Source: a virus. Taken from it: a stretch of DNA of 64,000 nt. This document shows, one piece after another, positions 18,756-29,075 of the stretch. The DNA lies in IMG/VR virus record IMGVR_UViG_3300033182_001206, positions 6,408 through 70,407 of that record; one strand, written 5' to 3'. A model generated the notes under the pieces. That model did not search any database. It was not told the origin of the DNA and worked only from the letters and a program-made list of their open reading frames with translations. The stretch's first letter is position 1; each line of letters begins with the position of its first letter. Position numbers and translations under genes: made by a program.

Positions 18756-20266
18756 ACTTTCACTCCATATTCAGCAGTCCATCGCAGTGCATCTTCGCGT
18801 GTATTTACAAGAGGTTCGCCTTTGACATTGAGACTGGTGTTCAGCAGCATAGGACATCCTGTGCGCCGATACCACTGTTCCAACAAATCACGTACAGGCC
18901 CAACTTCCAAGCCCACAGTTTGTACTCTACTGGTATTGTCATAGTGCACAATAGCAGGAAACAAGTCAGGAAACTTGCATGTAGCTACATATTGCATAAA
19001 CGGTGATCTTTCAACTGGCATGTCAAAATAGTGTCTTGCATGCTCTTCCAATACCATTGGTGCAAAAGGTCTGAAACTTTCTCTCTGCTTGATATGATTT
19101 ACACGATCTTTTACATCATGGCCGCGAGGATCAGCGAGTATACTACGATTACCAAGAGCCCTAGGGCCAAACTCAGCCTGGCCGGAGGCAACAGCGGTAA
19201 TTTTATTTTTCTCAAGTTCTTGAAGAATTTCATCTGTAGGATACTCCCCTTGTATGTTATGCCCTGTGAATGCATGAGTGAACGGCATGTGTTTGCCAAG
19301 ATGTGCAAGCACAGTGCCAATAGCATTGCCAGCATCACCTGGATTTGGCATGATCCACACATTAGAATAACGTGCAGGAGCCAAACTGTTGGCCACACAG
19401 TTGAGCACACAACCGCCCATCAATACCAAATTTTTGCTGCTGTAGTGTGTAGCACAATGATGCAGCATGCCTGTGAATATTTCTTCGTATATGCGCTGTG
19501 TAGCGGCTGCAATGTCTGCATAATCCTGCGGTGTGTTTAGATCAGATCTCCAACCTCTACAACCCCTGTGCAGGTTCAATTTGAAACGCACACTGGGATC
19601 ATCCTTGTTGGGAAACTTTTCAACGAAATCAGTCACCATCTGATCATACAGTCTGTGCGGATCGCCAATAGCAGCCATGCCCATCAGTATATATTCATGC
19701 TCTTGCGGCTTGAGGCCCAATCGCTGTGTCATGGCACTGTACCATATACCCACACTGTGTGGATAGCATTGCGAATAACGCTTCTTCAGTCGATCTCCTG
19801 AACCTTCCCATATGCTCATGGTTTCCCATTCACCTATGCTGTCTACAACCAACACTGTAGCGTCTTCATAAGGCGATGTATAATAACCTGCGGCTGCATG
19901 ACTGTGATGGTGTGTGGTGTAGTGCATGCGAAATGGATACATCGGCCCATCCATACCAATCACACGTTGATCAATTTCATGAGACAAACACTGTGACATG
20001 TAAACACTGGGCAACATTTTGGTAAAGGCTGTGTGATATTGTTTTGCCCACAACTGTCTTGTTTTCTTTAGCAGTGGTCGTTCGTACCAATGAATGTGTT
20101 CTGGAAATCCATATTCCAGTGCTTCTTGAATCAAGTCAGGGTGCAGGTCCGGATCATTTTTGATCCTGCTGTAGCGTTCACTGTGTGCTGCGAATTCCAA
20201 CCCATCATCACTGAATACTGCGATAGCAGCATCGTGACTTTGAGCTGTAACTCCCCATCTAATCAT
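18740..20266 (-). CDS. Carbamoyltransferase (NodU/CmcH/NovN family)
   Basis: SHDAAIA, HHHSHAAAGYY, VVDSIGE, LMGGCVLNC, GQAEFGPRALGNRSIL, RESFRPFAP, LNTSLN. Confidence 0.96.
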   Translation of the reverse strand: MIRWGVTAQSHDAAIAVFSDDGLEFAAHSERYSRIKNDPDLHPDLIQEALEYGFPEHIHWYERPLLKKTRQLWAKQYHTAFTKMLPSVYMSQCLSHEIDQRVIGMDGPMYPFRMHYTTHHHSHAAAGYYTSPYEDATVLVVDSIGEWETMSIWEGSGDRLKKRYSQCYPHSVGIWYSAMTQRLGLKPQEHEYILMGMAAIGDPHRLYDQMVTDFVEKFPNKDDPSVRFKLNLHRGCRGWRSDLNTPQDYADIAAATQRIYEEIFTGMLHHCATHYSSKNLVLMGGCVLNCVANSLAPARYSNVWIMPNPGDAGNAIGTVLAHLGKHMPFTHAFTGHNIQGEYPTDEILQELEKNKITAVASGQAEFGPRALGNRSILADPRGHDVKDRVNHIKQRESFRPFAPMVLEEHARHYFDMPVERSPFMQYVATCKFPDLFPAIVHYDNTSRVQTVGLEVGPVRDLLEQWYRRTGCPMLLNTSLNVKGEPLVNTREDALRWTAEYGVKVCLPG

Positions 20267-20492
20267 TTTTCAGTATCCATAATTTACTACAATAATAGCA
20301 TGCTGCCCAAGGTTTGTCAACACTGACTCGTATGGTGAATCTAGGATGATCTGGATTGTCGCATTCAGTGGTTGTGGGTTCTGTTACGTATACCCGTTCC
20401 TTTTCAGCAAATAGTTGTTCACGTGTCTTTTTCAAAACTGTCCTTGCATATACCAAATATACCTGTGGTGTCGGGTACGGGTTCTGAGTCAA
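20259..20492 (-). CDS. Small CHCC-type zinc-finger protein
   Basis: ECDNPDHP..ACYYC; TTG start uncertain, possibly later. Confidence 0.6.
   Translation of the reverse strand: MTQNPYPTPQVYLVYARTVLKKTREQLFAEKERVYVTEPTTTECDNPDHPRFTIRVSVDKPWAACYYCSKLWILKND
20292..20320 (-). promoter_or_regulatory. Sigma70-like promoter for the carbamoyltransferase, inside the zinc-finger ORF
   Basis: Minus strand TTGACA-N17-TATTAT, about 25 nt before ATG 20266. Confidence 0.6.
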
Positions 20493-20847
20493 AGGTCAAC
20501 CATATGGCATTTTTGGTGCGCAAATGATTTCCTGGATAGCACCATATGTGTCCACTGCGTGTAATGGTGTAGTCATCTTCTTGATGCCAGAAATAGTTGG
20601 CATTGGTTCGAGTCAACAGTTCCAGTGCGTGTGTGTTTTTTGCATGTGTCCACACACCCGGACGCTGTATAAAATTTGTGTCTGCTGGTTCTCGAGGTTC
20701 ATCATGTCCAAAGTACAATATACCTCTGTGTCCTATCACGTCTACTTCAACGTCATAGTGTTGATACGCATGTTGCAAATACTCCAGTGTGTTTTCAGCA
20801 CTGCTGTTTACACCTGCGATGTTGCCTCTATGTGCTATTTTTCTCAT
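20419..20847 (-). CDS. Compact glycerophosphodiester phosphodiesterase-like protein
   Basis: IAHRGN..ENT..DVEVDV..HD..HAKN. Confidence 0.75.
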   Translation of the reverse strand: MRKIAHRGNIAGVNSSAENTLEYLQHAYQHYDVEVDVIGHRGILYFGHDEPREPADTNFIQRPGVWTHAKNTHALELLTRTNANYFWHQEDDYTITRSGHIWCYPGNHLRTKNAIWLTFDSEPVPDTTGIFGICKDSFEKDT

Positions 20848-21658
20848 TGTATGCTTGTAAGTCCTCTGGTGTACCTACACCGTGCATGCTGTCCACATTG
20901 AAAATTCTTACATCTCTTGCAAAATGATTCAGTGTATAATTCATTATAGGACACACATAAAATTCGCCATTGGTACGATCGTTAGCTGCCATCATTAGAT
21001 CAATGCTGGACCACATGTCATTTGGATACAACCATGTGTACACACCTGCTGTAGCATGTGTACTGATTGCTTGTTTTTCTGCAACACGTTCCACAGTACC
21101 ATCATCGGCAGCAAGAGCATAACTCCATTTTGGATCTTTTTCAGGACACTCAAATGTCATTATGGCACCATCACTGTTGCCCAACACCTCGTCGTATGCA
21201 TCTATATCAAATTCAATGATCTGATCACAATTGACAACTGTGATACAAGGCTGTCCTTTTCCAGTGTTGCCAGTGTGCAACTCAAGATGTTCACGTGCTG
21301 CTAGCAAGGTTGCAGCCGCTCCTTCTGTTTCTTCGTCGAGCACAATAACAGTTGGTGCTCGTGGTGCAGTAGGATCATCACTATTACGTTCTCCTGGTAC
21401 CATTCCAAACGCTTCAAAGATACGACTGATTATATTATAAGGTGGCGCTGCATGTTCTGCTCTAACAATAAAAACATAGCTGTGCACATTATCAAAATTC
21501 AATGATTCAAGTGCTGCTTGAAACATAGGCTTTCCATCTACTTCGATTAGCGGCTTTGGTGTGTCTATGCCTGCTTCAGTAAATCTACTGCCAGCACCAG
21601 CCATTGGCATTATAATAATATGTCTACCAAATCTGTCTTTTTCTTGTGTCTGTAACAT
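20828..21658 (-). CDS. Sugar/polyol-phosphate nucleotidyltransferase
   Basis: IMPMAGAGSRF, PKPLIEV, NCD, EK, GVGTPEDL. Confidence 0.88.
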   Translation of the reverse strand: MLQTQEKDRFGRHIIIMPMAGAGSRFTEAGIDTPKPLIEVDGKPMFQAALESLNFDNVHSYVFIVRAEHAAPPYNIISRIFEAFGMVPGERNSDDPTAPRAPTVIVLDEETEGAAATLLAAREHLELHTGNTGKGQPCITVVNCDQIIEFDIDAYDEVLGNSDGAIMTFECPEKDPKWSYALAADDGTVERVAEKQAISTHATAGVYTWLYPNDMWSSIDLMMAANDRTNGEFYVCPIMNYTLNHFARDVRIFNVDSMHGVGTPEDLQAYNEKNST

Positions 21659-21678
21659 GAGTTTTCTCCTTGCAGTGC

Positions 21679-21686
21679 TATTTATG
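21679..21686 (-). promoter_or_regulatory. Late-like promoter motif CATAAATA
   Basis: Immediately upstream of the AAGGAG SD and ATG 21658. Confidence 0.5.
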
Positions 21687-22404
21687 TATACAGTTTCTCA
21701 AACTGCTGCATTTGGGTCACAGTTTGCCCAGGTTGATGAAATTCTTTGCGCAAACAATATGTCTCTCTCAGGCTCAAACACTGATGCACTTCGCTGCGAT
21801 ACCAACCGACTGTGTGCATCAATGCATATATGCCCTGCGGCGATACATGTTCCAAATTGGGTATACGACCGCTCTGAGCCAGTGCAAAAACCTGTTGTAA
21901 ATTTACAGTGTTGTAAGTGGCTGCTGCACACTCACCCGAAACCAAGTAAAATATATCATTCCAAAATCCAATGCCTTCAAATCTCAACACTGGTGCAAGT
22001 ATATTTGCAGTACTGTTTCGTTGACCAATTTCGTCTAGGATTTCTCTTGTGGTTCTAGCAGGATCAAACACTATGTCATATCTGCTTTTTATAATCCAAT
22101 CGTATTGTTCAGGCTGAGGTATGCTGTCAATTACTGCACACAGTGCAAAATGCTGCGGTCCAATATAATGAAAATGGGTATCGTGTTGGGTTTGCAATTG
22201 GTCAATTTGCTCTACAAAATCATCAGTGACCACTGTGCTCACAGGCTGATACACCTGTTGTACCAACGCTGCATCCTCATAACAATGACAGTATATGTCC
22301 ACAGTGTGACCTCGATTTCGCAGACGTTCAATCACTGCCAATTGTGAAACTGCACATTCTTCTACGTAACGTGTTTGTGCACTTATGGTCCAAGCTATTT
22401 TCAT
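21682..22404 (-). CDS. Putative glycosyltransferase (ISGQPR-type family), copy 1
   Basis: MKIAWTISAQTR, YDWIIKSRYD, ND. Confidence 0.55.
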   Translation of the reverse strand: MKIAWTISAQTRYVEECAVSQLAVIERLRNRGHTVDIYCHCYEDAALVQQVYQPVSTVVTDDFVEQIDQLQTQHDTHFHYIGPQHFALCAVIDSIPQPEQYDWIIKSRYDIVFDPARTTREILDEIGQRNSTANILAPVLRFEGIGFWNDIFYLVSGECAAATYNTVNLQQVFALAQSGRIPNLEHVSPQGIYALMHTVGWYRSEVHQCLSLRETYCLRKEFHQPGQTVTQMQQFEKLYT

Positions 22405-22411
22405 TTTTACC

Positions 22412-22419
22412 TATAAATA
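22412..22419 (+). promoter_or_regulatory. T4-type late promoter motif TATAAATA
   Basis: Exact match in the divergent spacer before the PhyH gene. Confidence 0.6.
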
Positions 22420-22424
22420 TGTTT

Positions 22425-23117
22425 ATGACAGCACACAACATGATAAAAAACAATGGTTATGCCATACTGTATGATTTGATACCTCGCAATGAAATTCGTA
22501 GACTCAACGAACTGTGCGATCAAACAGTTCCCAATCGCGGTGAACGCAAAGAGCATGGATGGACTGGTCGAAGAATTGCCTGCGAAACACCACCTGAACA
22601 ATTTGTACACTATTGGAGCGATAACCTTACAACGGATCAAATTCCACTGGTTCGTCAACTGGTTGAACCTTTTGTATCAGATGTATTTAGTGGAGAAAAA
22701 TACACTTGGCTGAATCAAGACTTTCATGTGGTAAATCCTGGCAGCAACTATCAGCTGGCACATGTGGATACACCACAACGACACAAAGTATTCAGTAAAA
22801 TAACAGAATTGTTGGGTTTGCAGATAATTGTAGCACTGGATGATTTTACAGTGCAAAACGGTGCGACAGCATTTTTACCAGGCAGTCATCGTCAAATATG
22901 GGAATGTTGGGATAAACGCACCTGGGGACAATATGATTCACTGCTGAAAGATGCACCTAGATTTGTAGCACCAAGAGGCAGTGTACTGATGTATCACACA
23001 AACACACTGCACAGCACCATGCCCAATTACAGTCTCAAGCCACGTAGAGCACTGCTGATAAACGTGCTGCACAGCAAAATTGTAAAAACTGTTCAAGACA
23101 TAGAACGCAATTTATAA
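22425..23117 (+). CDS. PhyH-family Fe(II)/2OG dioxygenase, copy 1
   Basis: HVD, ALDDFTVQNGATAFLPGSH, GSVLMYH..LHSTMPN..RRA; start placed after TATAAATA (ORF track 22344). Confidence 0.9.
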   Translation: MTAHNMIKNNGYAILYDLIPRNEIRRLNELCDQTVPNRGERKEHGWTGRRIACETPPEQFVHYWSDNLTTDQIPLVRQLVEPFVSDVFSGEKYTWLNQDFHVVNPGSNYQLAHVDTPQRHKVFSKITELLGLQIIVALDDFTVQNGATAFLPGSHRQIWECWDKRTWGQYDSLLKDAPRFVAPRGSVLMYHTNTLHSTMPNYSLKPRRALLINVLHSKIVKTVQDIERNL

Positions 23118-23677
23118 ATCAAATCTTGGCTGTTGTCAACCTCAATTACCTGTGCACCTGTTGCACGTGCTGCCTGTATACCCACTGGCGAATCTTCGAA
23201 TATAACAGTTTGATCAGGTTCAACACCTGATATTTCCATTGCACGATGATACATCCATGGATCAGGTTTGGCAGGTCCATAGTCTCTGCTGAACACACTT
23301 TCAAACTGCCACAGTTGCAACACATTCATACATTTGAAAACAAATTCACTTCTGCTGTTGCTGCACAGACTCAAACGATATTTTATATACAAACGATCAA
23401 AAAGATCTTTCAGCTCTGGATTGAATTTTATATATTCTTCTACATGTGCTCTGGTGTGTTCTTTTTTTATTTGATCCACTTTGTCTGTTACAGCATATCC
23501 ACGGTTCTGCAAATATCGTATTTTCTCAGTGGTAGGCAATCCTTCTACTTCTTGATCTGTGTATTCAGCTTCAGGACAAACCTGTTTTACTGCCCAACGA
23601 AATCCTGCTTGATGCAGTTCTTTGCAATCTACCAATGTGCCGTCTAGATCAAATATTATTAGCTTTGTATTTTTCAT
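23093..23677 (-). CDS. HAD-superfamily phosphatase
   Basis: FDLDGTLVD, SNS, KPDP, FEDSPVGIQAA. Confidence 0.93.
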   Translation of the reverse strand: MKNTKLIIFDLDGTLVDCKELHQAGFRWAVKQVCPEAEYTDQEVEGLPTTEKIRYLQNRGYAVTDKVDQIKKEHTRAHVEEYIKFNPELKDLFDRLYIKYRLSLCSNSRSEFVFKCMNVLQLWQFESVFSRDYGPAKPDPWMYHRAMEISGVEPDQTVIFEDSPVGIQAARATGAQVIEVDNSQDLIYKLRSMS

Positions 23678-24578
23678 TTTTTACCATTTCTAAATCAAAT
23701 TTGTCCCATGCTTCTTTGCTTTGCTTGATATCCCAGTTGTGATCAGCATGCCATCGTCTGTACAATTGATATACACCGTCGTGTTGATGCGGCCATTGTT
23801 TTACTTGTGCAGCATGTTCACTGAAAATTTGAGGAATATACCATCCTGCTGTAGCCCGCAATTTTCCTCCTGTAACCTGTCGTCTTATGGTTTCATTGTC
23901 CCACAGTTGTCGTTGTGCATATTCCACAGTTTGTTTACTGTAGTTGGTAACCATTGCTCGGTGATTGCCAATTATAACCAAGTCTCGTATGTTGGGTAAC
24001 CCATATGCACCAATTCGTTCTACCAACATGTCTGGTATAAACGGATCGACTTCATCGGTGCGTGTGCTCATTGCAGCATATCCATGACCAGGACCGCGAA
24101 CAATTTGTTTTGGACGCAGTATTGCACAATCGTATCTTGCTTTTATCACAATGTCATATTCAATGAACGTGTCCTGTACAGCTTGTGCATTTATACTGTG
24201 TGCATAAATTTGTGGATGAATACTCCACGCTTCTTGATTTCTTGTGTCGATACCAATTGCATCAAATGCACTGCGTCTTTGTATGCTCCATTGATGATAA
24301 TCCAGCACTGCGACTGTGGGCCGATATTTTCCAAATTCGTTTTGCAGTATTCGCATCACAGTGGTTTTGTCAAACTGCTCTGTGTCACCAACTCTTTGGC
24401 CTCCCAGTGCTTGATTCTGTGGACGTTTGGTGTGTTCAGTGTTCATCCAACTTTGCAAATACACATCCACTTGCCAGCCTGAATCCTGGAATGTGTTTAT
24501 TACATCTCTGTGACTTTGTGCACATTCCCTAACAAATCTAGGCTGTCCGCTGATTGTGTATGCTAAACGCAGTGTCAT
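23649..24578 (-). CDS. Putative glycosyltransferase (ISGQPR-type family), copy 2
   Basis: LAYTISGQPRF, YDIVIKARYD; ATGA-coupled start at 24578. Confidence 0.55.
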   Translation of the reverse strand: MTLRLAYTISGQPRFVRECAQSHRDVINTFQDSGWQVDVYLQSWMNTEHTKRPQNQALGGQRVGDTEQFDKTTVMRILQNEFGKYRPTVAVLDYHQWSIQRRSAFDAIGIDTRNQEAWSIHPQIYAHSINAQAVQDTFIEYDIVIKARYDCAILRPKQIVRGPGHGYAAMSTRTDEVDPFIPDMLVERIGAYGLPNIRDLVIIGNHRAMVTNYSKQTVEYAQRQLWDNETIRRQVTGGKLRATAGWYIPQIFSEHAAQVKQWPHQHDGVYQLYRRWHADHNWDIKQSKEAWDKFDLEMVKNEKYKANNI

Positions 24579-25342
24579 CTTCTTTCGATATCTTCCTCTA
24601 CACACTCAGTGCCGTACTGTACCTCAAGCACATGACAAGGTTTGTCAAAAGGATTGTATGCTCTATGCCAGTCTTCTCTGTGTATAACGTATTTTTGATG
24701 CTGTTTTAGTACAATAGTTTCGTCTCTGCCCAGGTTAGTAGATATAACGTCACCGTGTTCTATATCCATCTTCAATGCGCCATCCAACACATACCAATGT
24801 TCGCTTCTGTTGTAATGTCGTTGATCGCTGAGACTGCAACCTGGGTTGATCACCAGTTCTTTGACTTTTACTGTGCCTTTGTCATCTAGCACACGCCAAT
24901 AACCCCAATCACGCACAGTCTTTTGTGTTTTCCATTCGTCCAGTATCCAACTGCTTGAATTCTTTTTATCATCGCCACCTACACCAAATGCAAATTCTAC
25001 ATTGTCGTAGATCATTTCTGGAATATTATCTGCTGTTCTATCTCCACCATTGGCGAAAATCACCCGGCCGGGATTAGTACTCAGCACTTGAAAAATAGCG
25101 TTGGTGCTGTCATTGTTATCGTCGTTGAACGCAATCACTTGATCCACACATGCAAGTTCTCTGATAATTGCTGCACGTTCTTCAAAGGGCATAAACGGGC
25201 GACCTTTTTTGCGTGTCAACCACGCATCACTGTTTATACCCACTATTAGTCTATCTCCTAATTCACGTGCTGCTCGGAAGTAAGAAATATGTCCACTGTG
25301 TAACGGATCAAATCCTCCAGTGACCAATACTGTCGTAGTCAT
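24575..25342 (-). CDS. Cytidylyltransferase fused to a cupin (PMI-type C-terminal) domain
   Basis: TGGFDPLHSGH (HxGH), GINSD, NGGDR, KKNSSS; cupin WGYW..SDQRH..RSEHW..HRAYN; ATG 25342 preferred. Confidence 0.9.
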   Translation of the reverse strand: MTTTVLVTGGFDPLHSGHISYFRAARELGDRLIVGINSDAWLTRKKGRPFMPFEERAAIIRELACVDQVIAFNDDNNDSTNAIFQVLSTNPGRVIFANGGDRTADNIPEMIYDNVEFAFGVGGDDKKNSSSWILDEWKTQKTVRDWGYWRVLDDKGTVKVKELVINPGCSLSDQRHYNRSEHWYVLDGALKMDIEHGDVISTNLGRDETIVLKQHQKYVIHREDWHRAYNPFDKPCHVLEVQYGTECVEEDIERR

Positions 25343-25344
25343 TG

Positions 25345-25378
25345 AATAAATACCTATATCATTATGTGAGTATTTATT
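25345..25378. promoter_or_regulatory. 9-bp inverted repeat of two oppositely oriented AATAAATA late-like motifs
   Basis: AATAAATAC 25345-25353 and GTATTTATT 25370-25378 in the 37-nt divergent spacer. Confidence 0.55.
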
Positions 25379-25379
25379 A

Positions 25380-26948
25380 TTGAACAAGAAACCTGACAGA
25401 CATCGTATTATACAATGGTTCATTGGAGAATTAGACGGCGAAATAGTTCCCAATCTTTTTCCATGGAATCGTGTACACCCGGATCACAGCAATTTGCGAG
25501 AGGTATTCAATGAATGGAACAGTGGCGAATCACGCTCGCTGTCACGTTTGACCAGTTGGGCACGAGAAGAGCCTATCATTGGTTGGAGTCGATACACAGA
25601 GGAAACTGAATACAGAATCATCGGACGTGACCAATTTGATCATAGAGAAATGAATGTGTTTCCTATACGCTTTCGCAATCATGAAGATCAACTGTTTAGA
25701 AATCCAATGGAATGGCCCATTGGGCATTTACCAGACTACGTGTTGGATTTTCTAAGACAGCATCATCATATACGAATAATGTATCATGAACCACACGAAG
25801 CAAAACAGATTGAACAACAAGAGTTTGCCACACTGCCTGCACTGCAAATAATGCATCAATGGAAACGATTGCACAATAAAACACTGTATGTAAATTCGTC
25901 AGGACAGCAACAGGATAGATTGAATAAAATAGCATGGAATCCATACTATAGCAGAGCAAATAGATTGGTAAGCATACTCAACAGTGACCATTGGCTGCAA
26001 ATGAATTACAACGGCAATAATCGAGAATGGTTGAGAAGACGAGATGCTTATCGTGATAAGCATAATCTAAATCGAGCGGAAGATTGGTATAGACGTAAAC
26101 CTGATTTTGATACTGGAAGATTTTTATTTTTAGGAGGCAGGCCCAGAGTAACACGCTACTGGGCATTGAATCAGTATATGAAAGCATTGCCAGAATCCAG
26201 GTTGTTTGCAAGCATGCATGGTGTCAACAGAAGAGTAGATCCAGAAAATGGACAATTGCTCAATGAAGATGCAACCACTGAATTGATGCACAGCTTTTTT
26301 ACAGCAATGAAAAACAAAGTAAAGCGATACAATACCAGCGAGGATTATTTGTTTACAGAAGAACAACAAGCGGAGATGATTGAATTTGCACAAAGGTGTC
26401 CTATAAACACATTCAGTGAAGAAACTCGCGAGGCTCCAAAAGAATATTACATGCGACAGTTTTATAACCTATGGCCAAATCCACGTTACTATCGTCATAT
26501 ATTTGTAGACCTGTGTCATGAAACTTTCAGTGAACGTCCGTTTGAAAACACCATATTTGTAACTGAAAAAATACAAAAACCCATGTATGCATGTAGACCT
26601 TTTGTACCATTTGCCAATCCAGGATTCCTCAAATATCTAAGACAGATAGGATTTCGTACATTCAGCGATTGGTGGGATGAAAGCTATGACGATACTGAAA
26701 ACAGAGAAGAACACATGGATAAATTGCTTGCTACAATTAAAACCATAAACAGTTGGAGCCGAGAAAAATGCACAGAGGTTTATGCAGAAATGCAAGAAAC
26801 ACTGATACACAATCATAATCATTTGCTGTGGTATGCAAACAATGCGCCACGCACTTGGATAGAATCAGTGCGTGAGCATTTCATTCAAGATAGAGATCCC
26901 GATCAATGTATAAAACCTACTGAGCAGGATCTTCAGCAGCTACTTTGA
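25380..26948 (+). CDS. Putative GT-B-like protein (ET..TEK..P family), copy 1
   Basis: DLCHETF..FVTEKIQKP..PF..GFRTFSDWWDESYD; TTG start. Confidence 0.55.
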   Translation: MNKKPDRHRIIQWFIGELDGEIVPNLFPWNRVHPDHSNLREVFNEWNSGESRSLSRLTSWAREEPIIGWSRYTEETEYRIIGRDQFDHREMNVFPIRFRNHEDQLFRNPMEWPIGHLPDYVLDFLRQHHHIRIMYHEPHEAKQIEQQEFATLPALQIMHQWKRLHNKTLYVNSSGQQQDRLNKIAWNPYYSRANRLVSILNSDHWLQMNYNGNNREWLRRRDAYRDKHNLNRAEDWYRRKPDFDTGRFLFLGGRPRVTRYWALNQYMKALPESRLFASMHGVNRRVDPENGQLLNEDATTELMHSFFTAMKNKVKRYNTSEDYLFTEEQQAEMIEFAQRCPINTFSEETREAPKEYYMRQFYNLWPNPRYYRHIFVDLCHETFSERPFENTIFVTEKIQKPMYACRPFVPFANPGFLKYLRQIGFRTFSDWWDESYDDTENREEHMDKLLATIKTINSWSREKCTEVYAEMQETLIHNHNHLLWYANNAPRTWIESVREHFIQDRDPDQCIKPTEQDLQQLL

Positions 26949-28110
26949 CAATTTCAAATTTTGGTGTGCAGAAAACCAAATCCACTGTTTTTTCTTTTTC
27001 TACAAAAATATCCCTAAATCCAAAAGGCATGACCAAAAAGTAATCAGCATCTTTACGTGCTTCATCTTCGTGTACAATAGGAATACCTGTGCCCACTAGA
27101 TAACGACCAATTTTGTCTGGGTGGATTTCTGCTGCGCCAGCAACTTGATCTCCTGTGATATCATAGAACTGTGCAATGGTATTGCCTTTTGTGCTTGCAC
27201 CGTAAATGTAAACTTTTTTGTTTTTCTGTTTACAGTCTTCAAGAAAGTTTTGCAGGTCTGCTTTGTTGTCATACAGGCCTTGTACAAATGCTTCTAGATC
27301 GTTTTCTGGTTCTGTGTATTCTGCTGGTTGTGTTGTTTCCGTGTGTCCAATCCACAATTGCCAGCTGCCACCATTGATATCGTTTTCAATTACACGTGCA
27401 ATGGTAAGTCCATGATCGCCAAACAGTCGTACCAAACTGTCCCATGTGTAGTAAAGGATATGTTCATGGCAGATGTTGCCCACATCATTGATACGTACCA
27501 TCTGCGGCATACCCATGAACTGCACTACAAACAACCCGTCTGATGCCAACACTGCTTTTACATCATCCAAGAACTGATGAGGATTTTCTAAATCGTAAAA
27601 CATAGCAATCGCTGTGATAATTTTTGCATTGGCTTCGCCAGCATGCTTTCTATAAGTTTCAAAATTGAAAAAGTCATTTATTGCAATGTCTGCGTTTGCT
27701 GCCAAATCCTCTTGAATGGTAACTGCTGGATCAACACCCACGGTGCGAATTCCTTCGGGGTACATGCTCAGCAGTGTACCGTCGTTGGCACCAATATCCA
27801 GCACAGTGTCACCGGGCTGTAGTCCAGCATATGCAGCAGCTCCTTCTGCAATTTCACGCAAATTGTTTACAATTTTTTTGTTGAGTTTACTTTGATACCA
27901 GTAATCTCTATAGATTTCTTCGTCGATGGTTTCCCGTAACTGCACAAGAGTACAATCTTCGCAGCGCAACAATGTCATAGGAGCCTTTCCTCTATGTCCA
28001 TCTGGTGTTGCAGGAAAATCATTTACATACATTTCTTCAACTGCATAAATTTCCGACAGGTCTTCGCTTCCGCAAATTCTGCATGTGTGTCTTTCTGTAT
28101 AACTTAGCAT
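26917..28110 (-). CDS. NDP-hexose C-methyltransferase (TcaB9/NovU-like three-domain architecture)
   Basis: N-terminal CRICGS..C.DC zinc site, VLDIGANDG, ICHEH, C-terminal YGASTKGNT. Confidence 0.9.
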   Translation of the reverse strand: MLSYTERHTCRICGSEDLSEIYAVEEMYVNDFPATPDGHRGKAPMTLLRCEDCTLVQLRETIDEEIYRDYWYQSKLNKKIVNNLREIAEGAAAYAGLQPGDTVLDIGANDGTLLSMYPEGIRTVGVDPAVTIQEDLAANADIAINDFFNFETYRKHAGEANAKIITAIAMFYDLENPHQFLDDVKAVLASDGLFVVQFMGMPQMVRINDVGNICHEHILYYTWDSLVRLFGDHGLTIARVIENDINGGSWQLWIGHTETTQPAEYTEPENDLEAFVQGLYDNKADLQNFLEDCKQKNKKVYIYGASTKGNTIAQFYDITGDQVAGAAEIHPDKIGRYLVGTGIPIVHEDEARKDADYFLVMPFGFRDIFVEKEKTVDLVFCTPKFEIVKVAAEDPAQ

Positions 28111-29075
28111 TATTGATTTCTCCTGTGCAATTGGCTGTCAATCCAATTGTATGTTCGTGTGATTCCTTCACGCAAACTTTGTCTAGGTTCCCAGCCCAGT
28201 GTTTCTCGGGTAAATGTTAGATCGCAACTGCGTCCCAGCGGACCAGTGGGTGCATCCAAATTGTAAGTGAATTCTACATCTTTACCGGCAATTTCTGCTA
28301 CCAGTCGATAAAAATCAATTACTGATATTTCTTCTTCGCTGCCTAGGTTTATAGGCGTGTTTATGTCACTCATGGTGAGATTGAAGATGCCATCTACCAA
28401 ATCTTCCACGTGTATATATGTTCTTATTGCTTCGCCAGTTCCCCATACTTCAATGGGCTCTGTTCCGTCATATGCACTGATCTTCCTACAAATAGCTGCT
28501 GGTGCTTTTTCTCTGCCGTCATTGTAGCTGCCCTGTTCACCATAGATGTTGTGAAATCTACCAATACGTGCCAGTATTCTGCCTTGTAGTTCTTGTTCTT
28601 GCAGCATCATTTCGCTGTACAGTTTTTCCCAACCGTAGCCTTCATCTGGATTAGCTGGATGCCACATGTCTTCTCGCAGACGTACAACATTGTTTGGATC
28701 TTGCTGAAGATCTGTGTTGTACACACAAGCACTGCTAGCAAAAAAGAATCTCTCCACACTGTTCTCAATAGCACCATCCATGACATTGATAGTGATCAAC
28801 ATGTTGTCACGCATTTGGTCTGCTGCGTGAAATGCAGTAAATCCAACACCGCCCATGTTGCATGCCAAGTGAAAAACAACATCACAATCTTTATATAAAT
28901 CTGTACGTGGCACTGTGAGATCGTGTACATAAAAATCTTCCCACAGTTCTAAACCTCTGTATTCTGGTAGCTTTTTGTCAATACCACGTACTGCATATCC
29001 TTGTTTGCGCAAATATTCACTGAGGTGTCCGCCTATAAAGCCACCTGCGCCTGTTACTGCTGCTCGCATGCCCAT
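28110..29075 (-). CDS. GDP-mannose 3,5-epimerase-like extended SDR
   Basis: TGAGGFIG, ACNMGGVGF, SSACVY, YGWEK, EKAPAAICRK. Confidence 0.9.
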   Translation of the reverse strand: MGMRAAVTGAGGFIGGHLSEYLRKQGYAVRGIDKKLPEYRGLELWEDFYVHDLTVPRTDLYKDCDVVFHLACNMGGVGFTAFHAADQMRDNMLITINVMDGAIENSVERFFFASSACVYNTDLQQDPNNVVRLREDMWHPANPDEGYGWEKLYSEMMLQEQELQGRILARIGRFHNIYGEQGSYNDGREKAPAAICRKISAYDGTEPIEVWGTGEAIRTYIHVEDLVDGIFNLTMSDINTPINLGSEEEISVIDFYRLVAEIAGKDVEFTYNLDAPTGPLGRSCDLTFTRETLGWEPRQSLREGITRTYNWIDSQLHRRNQ

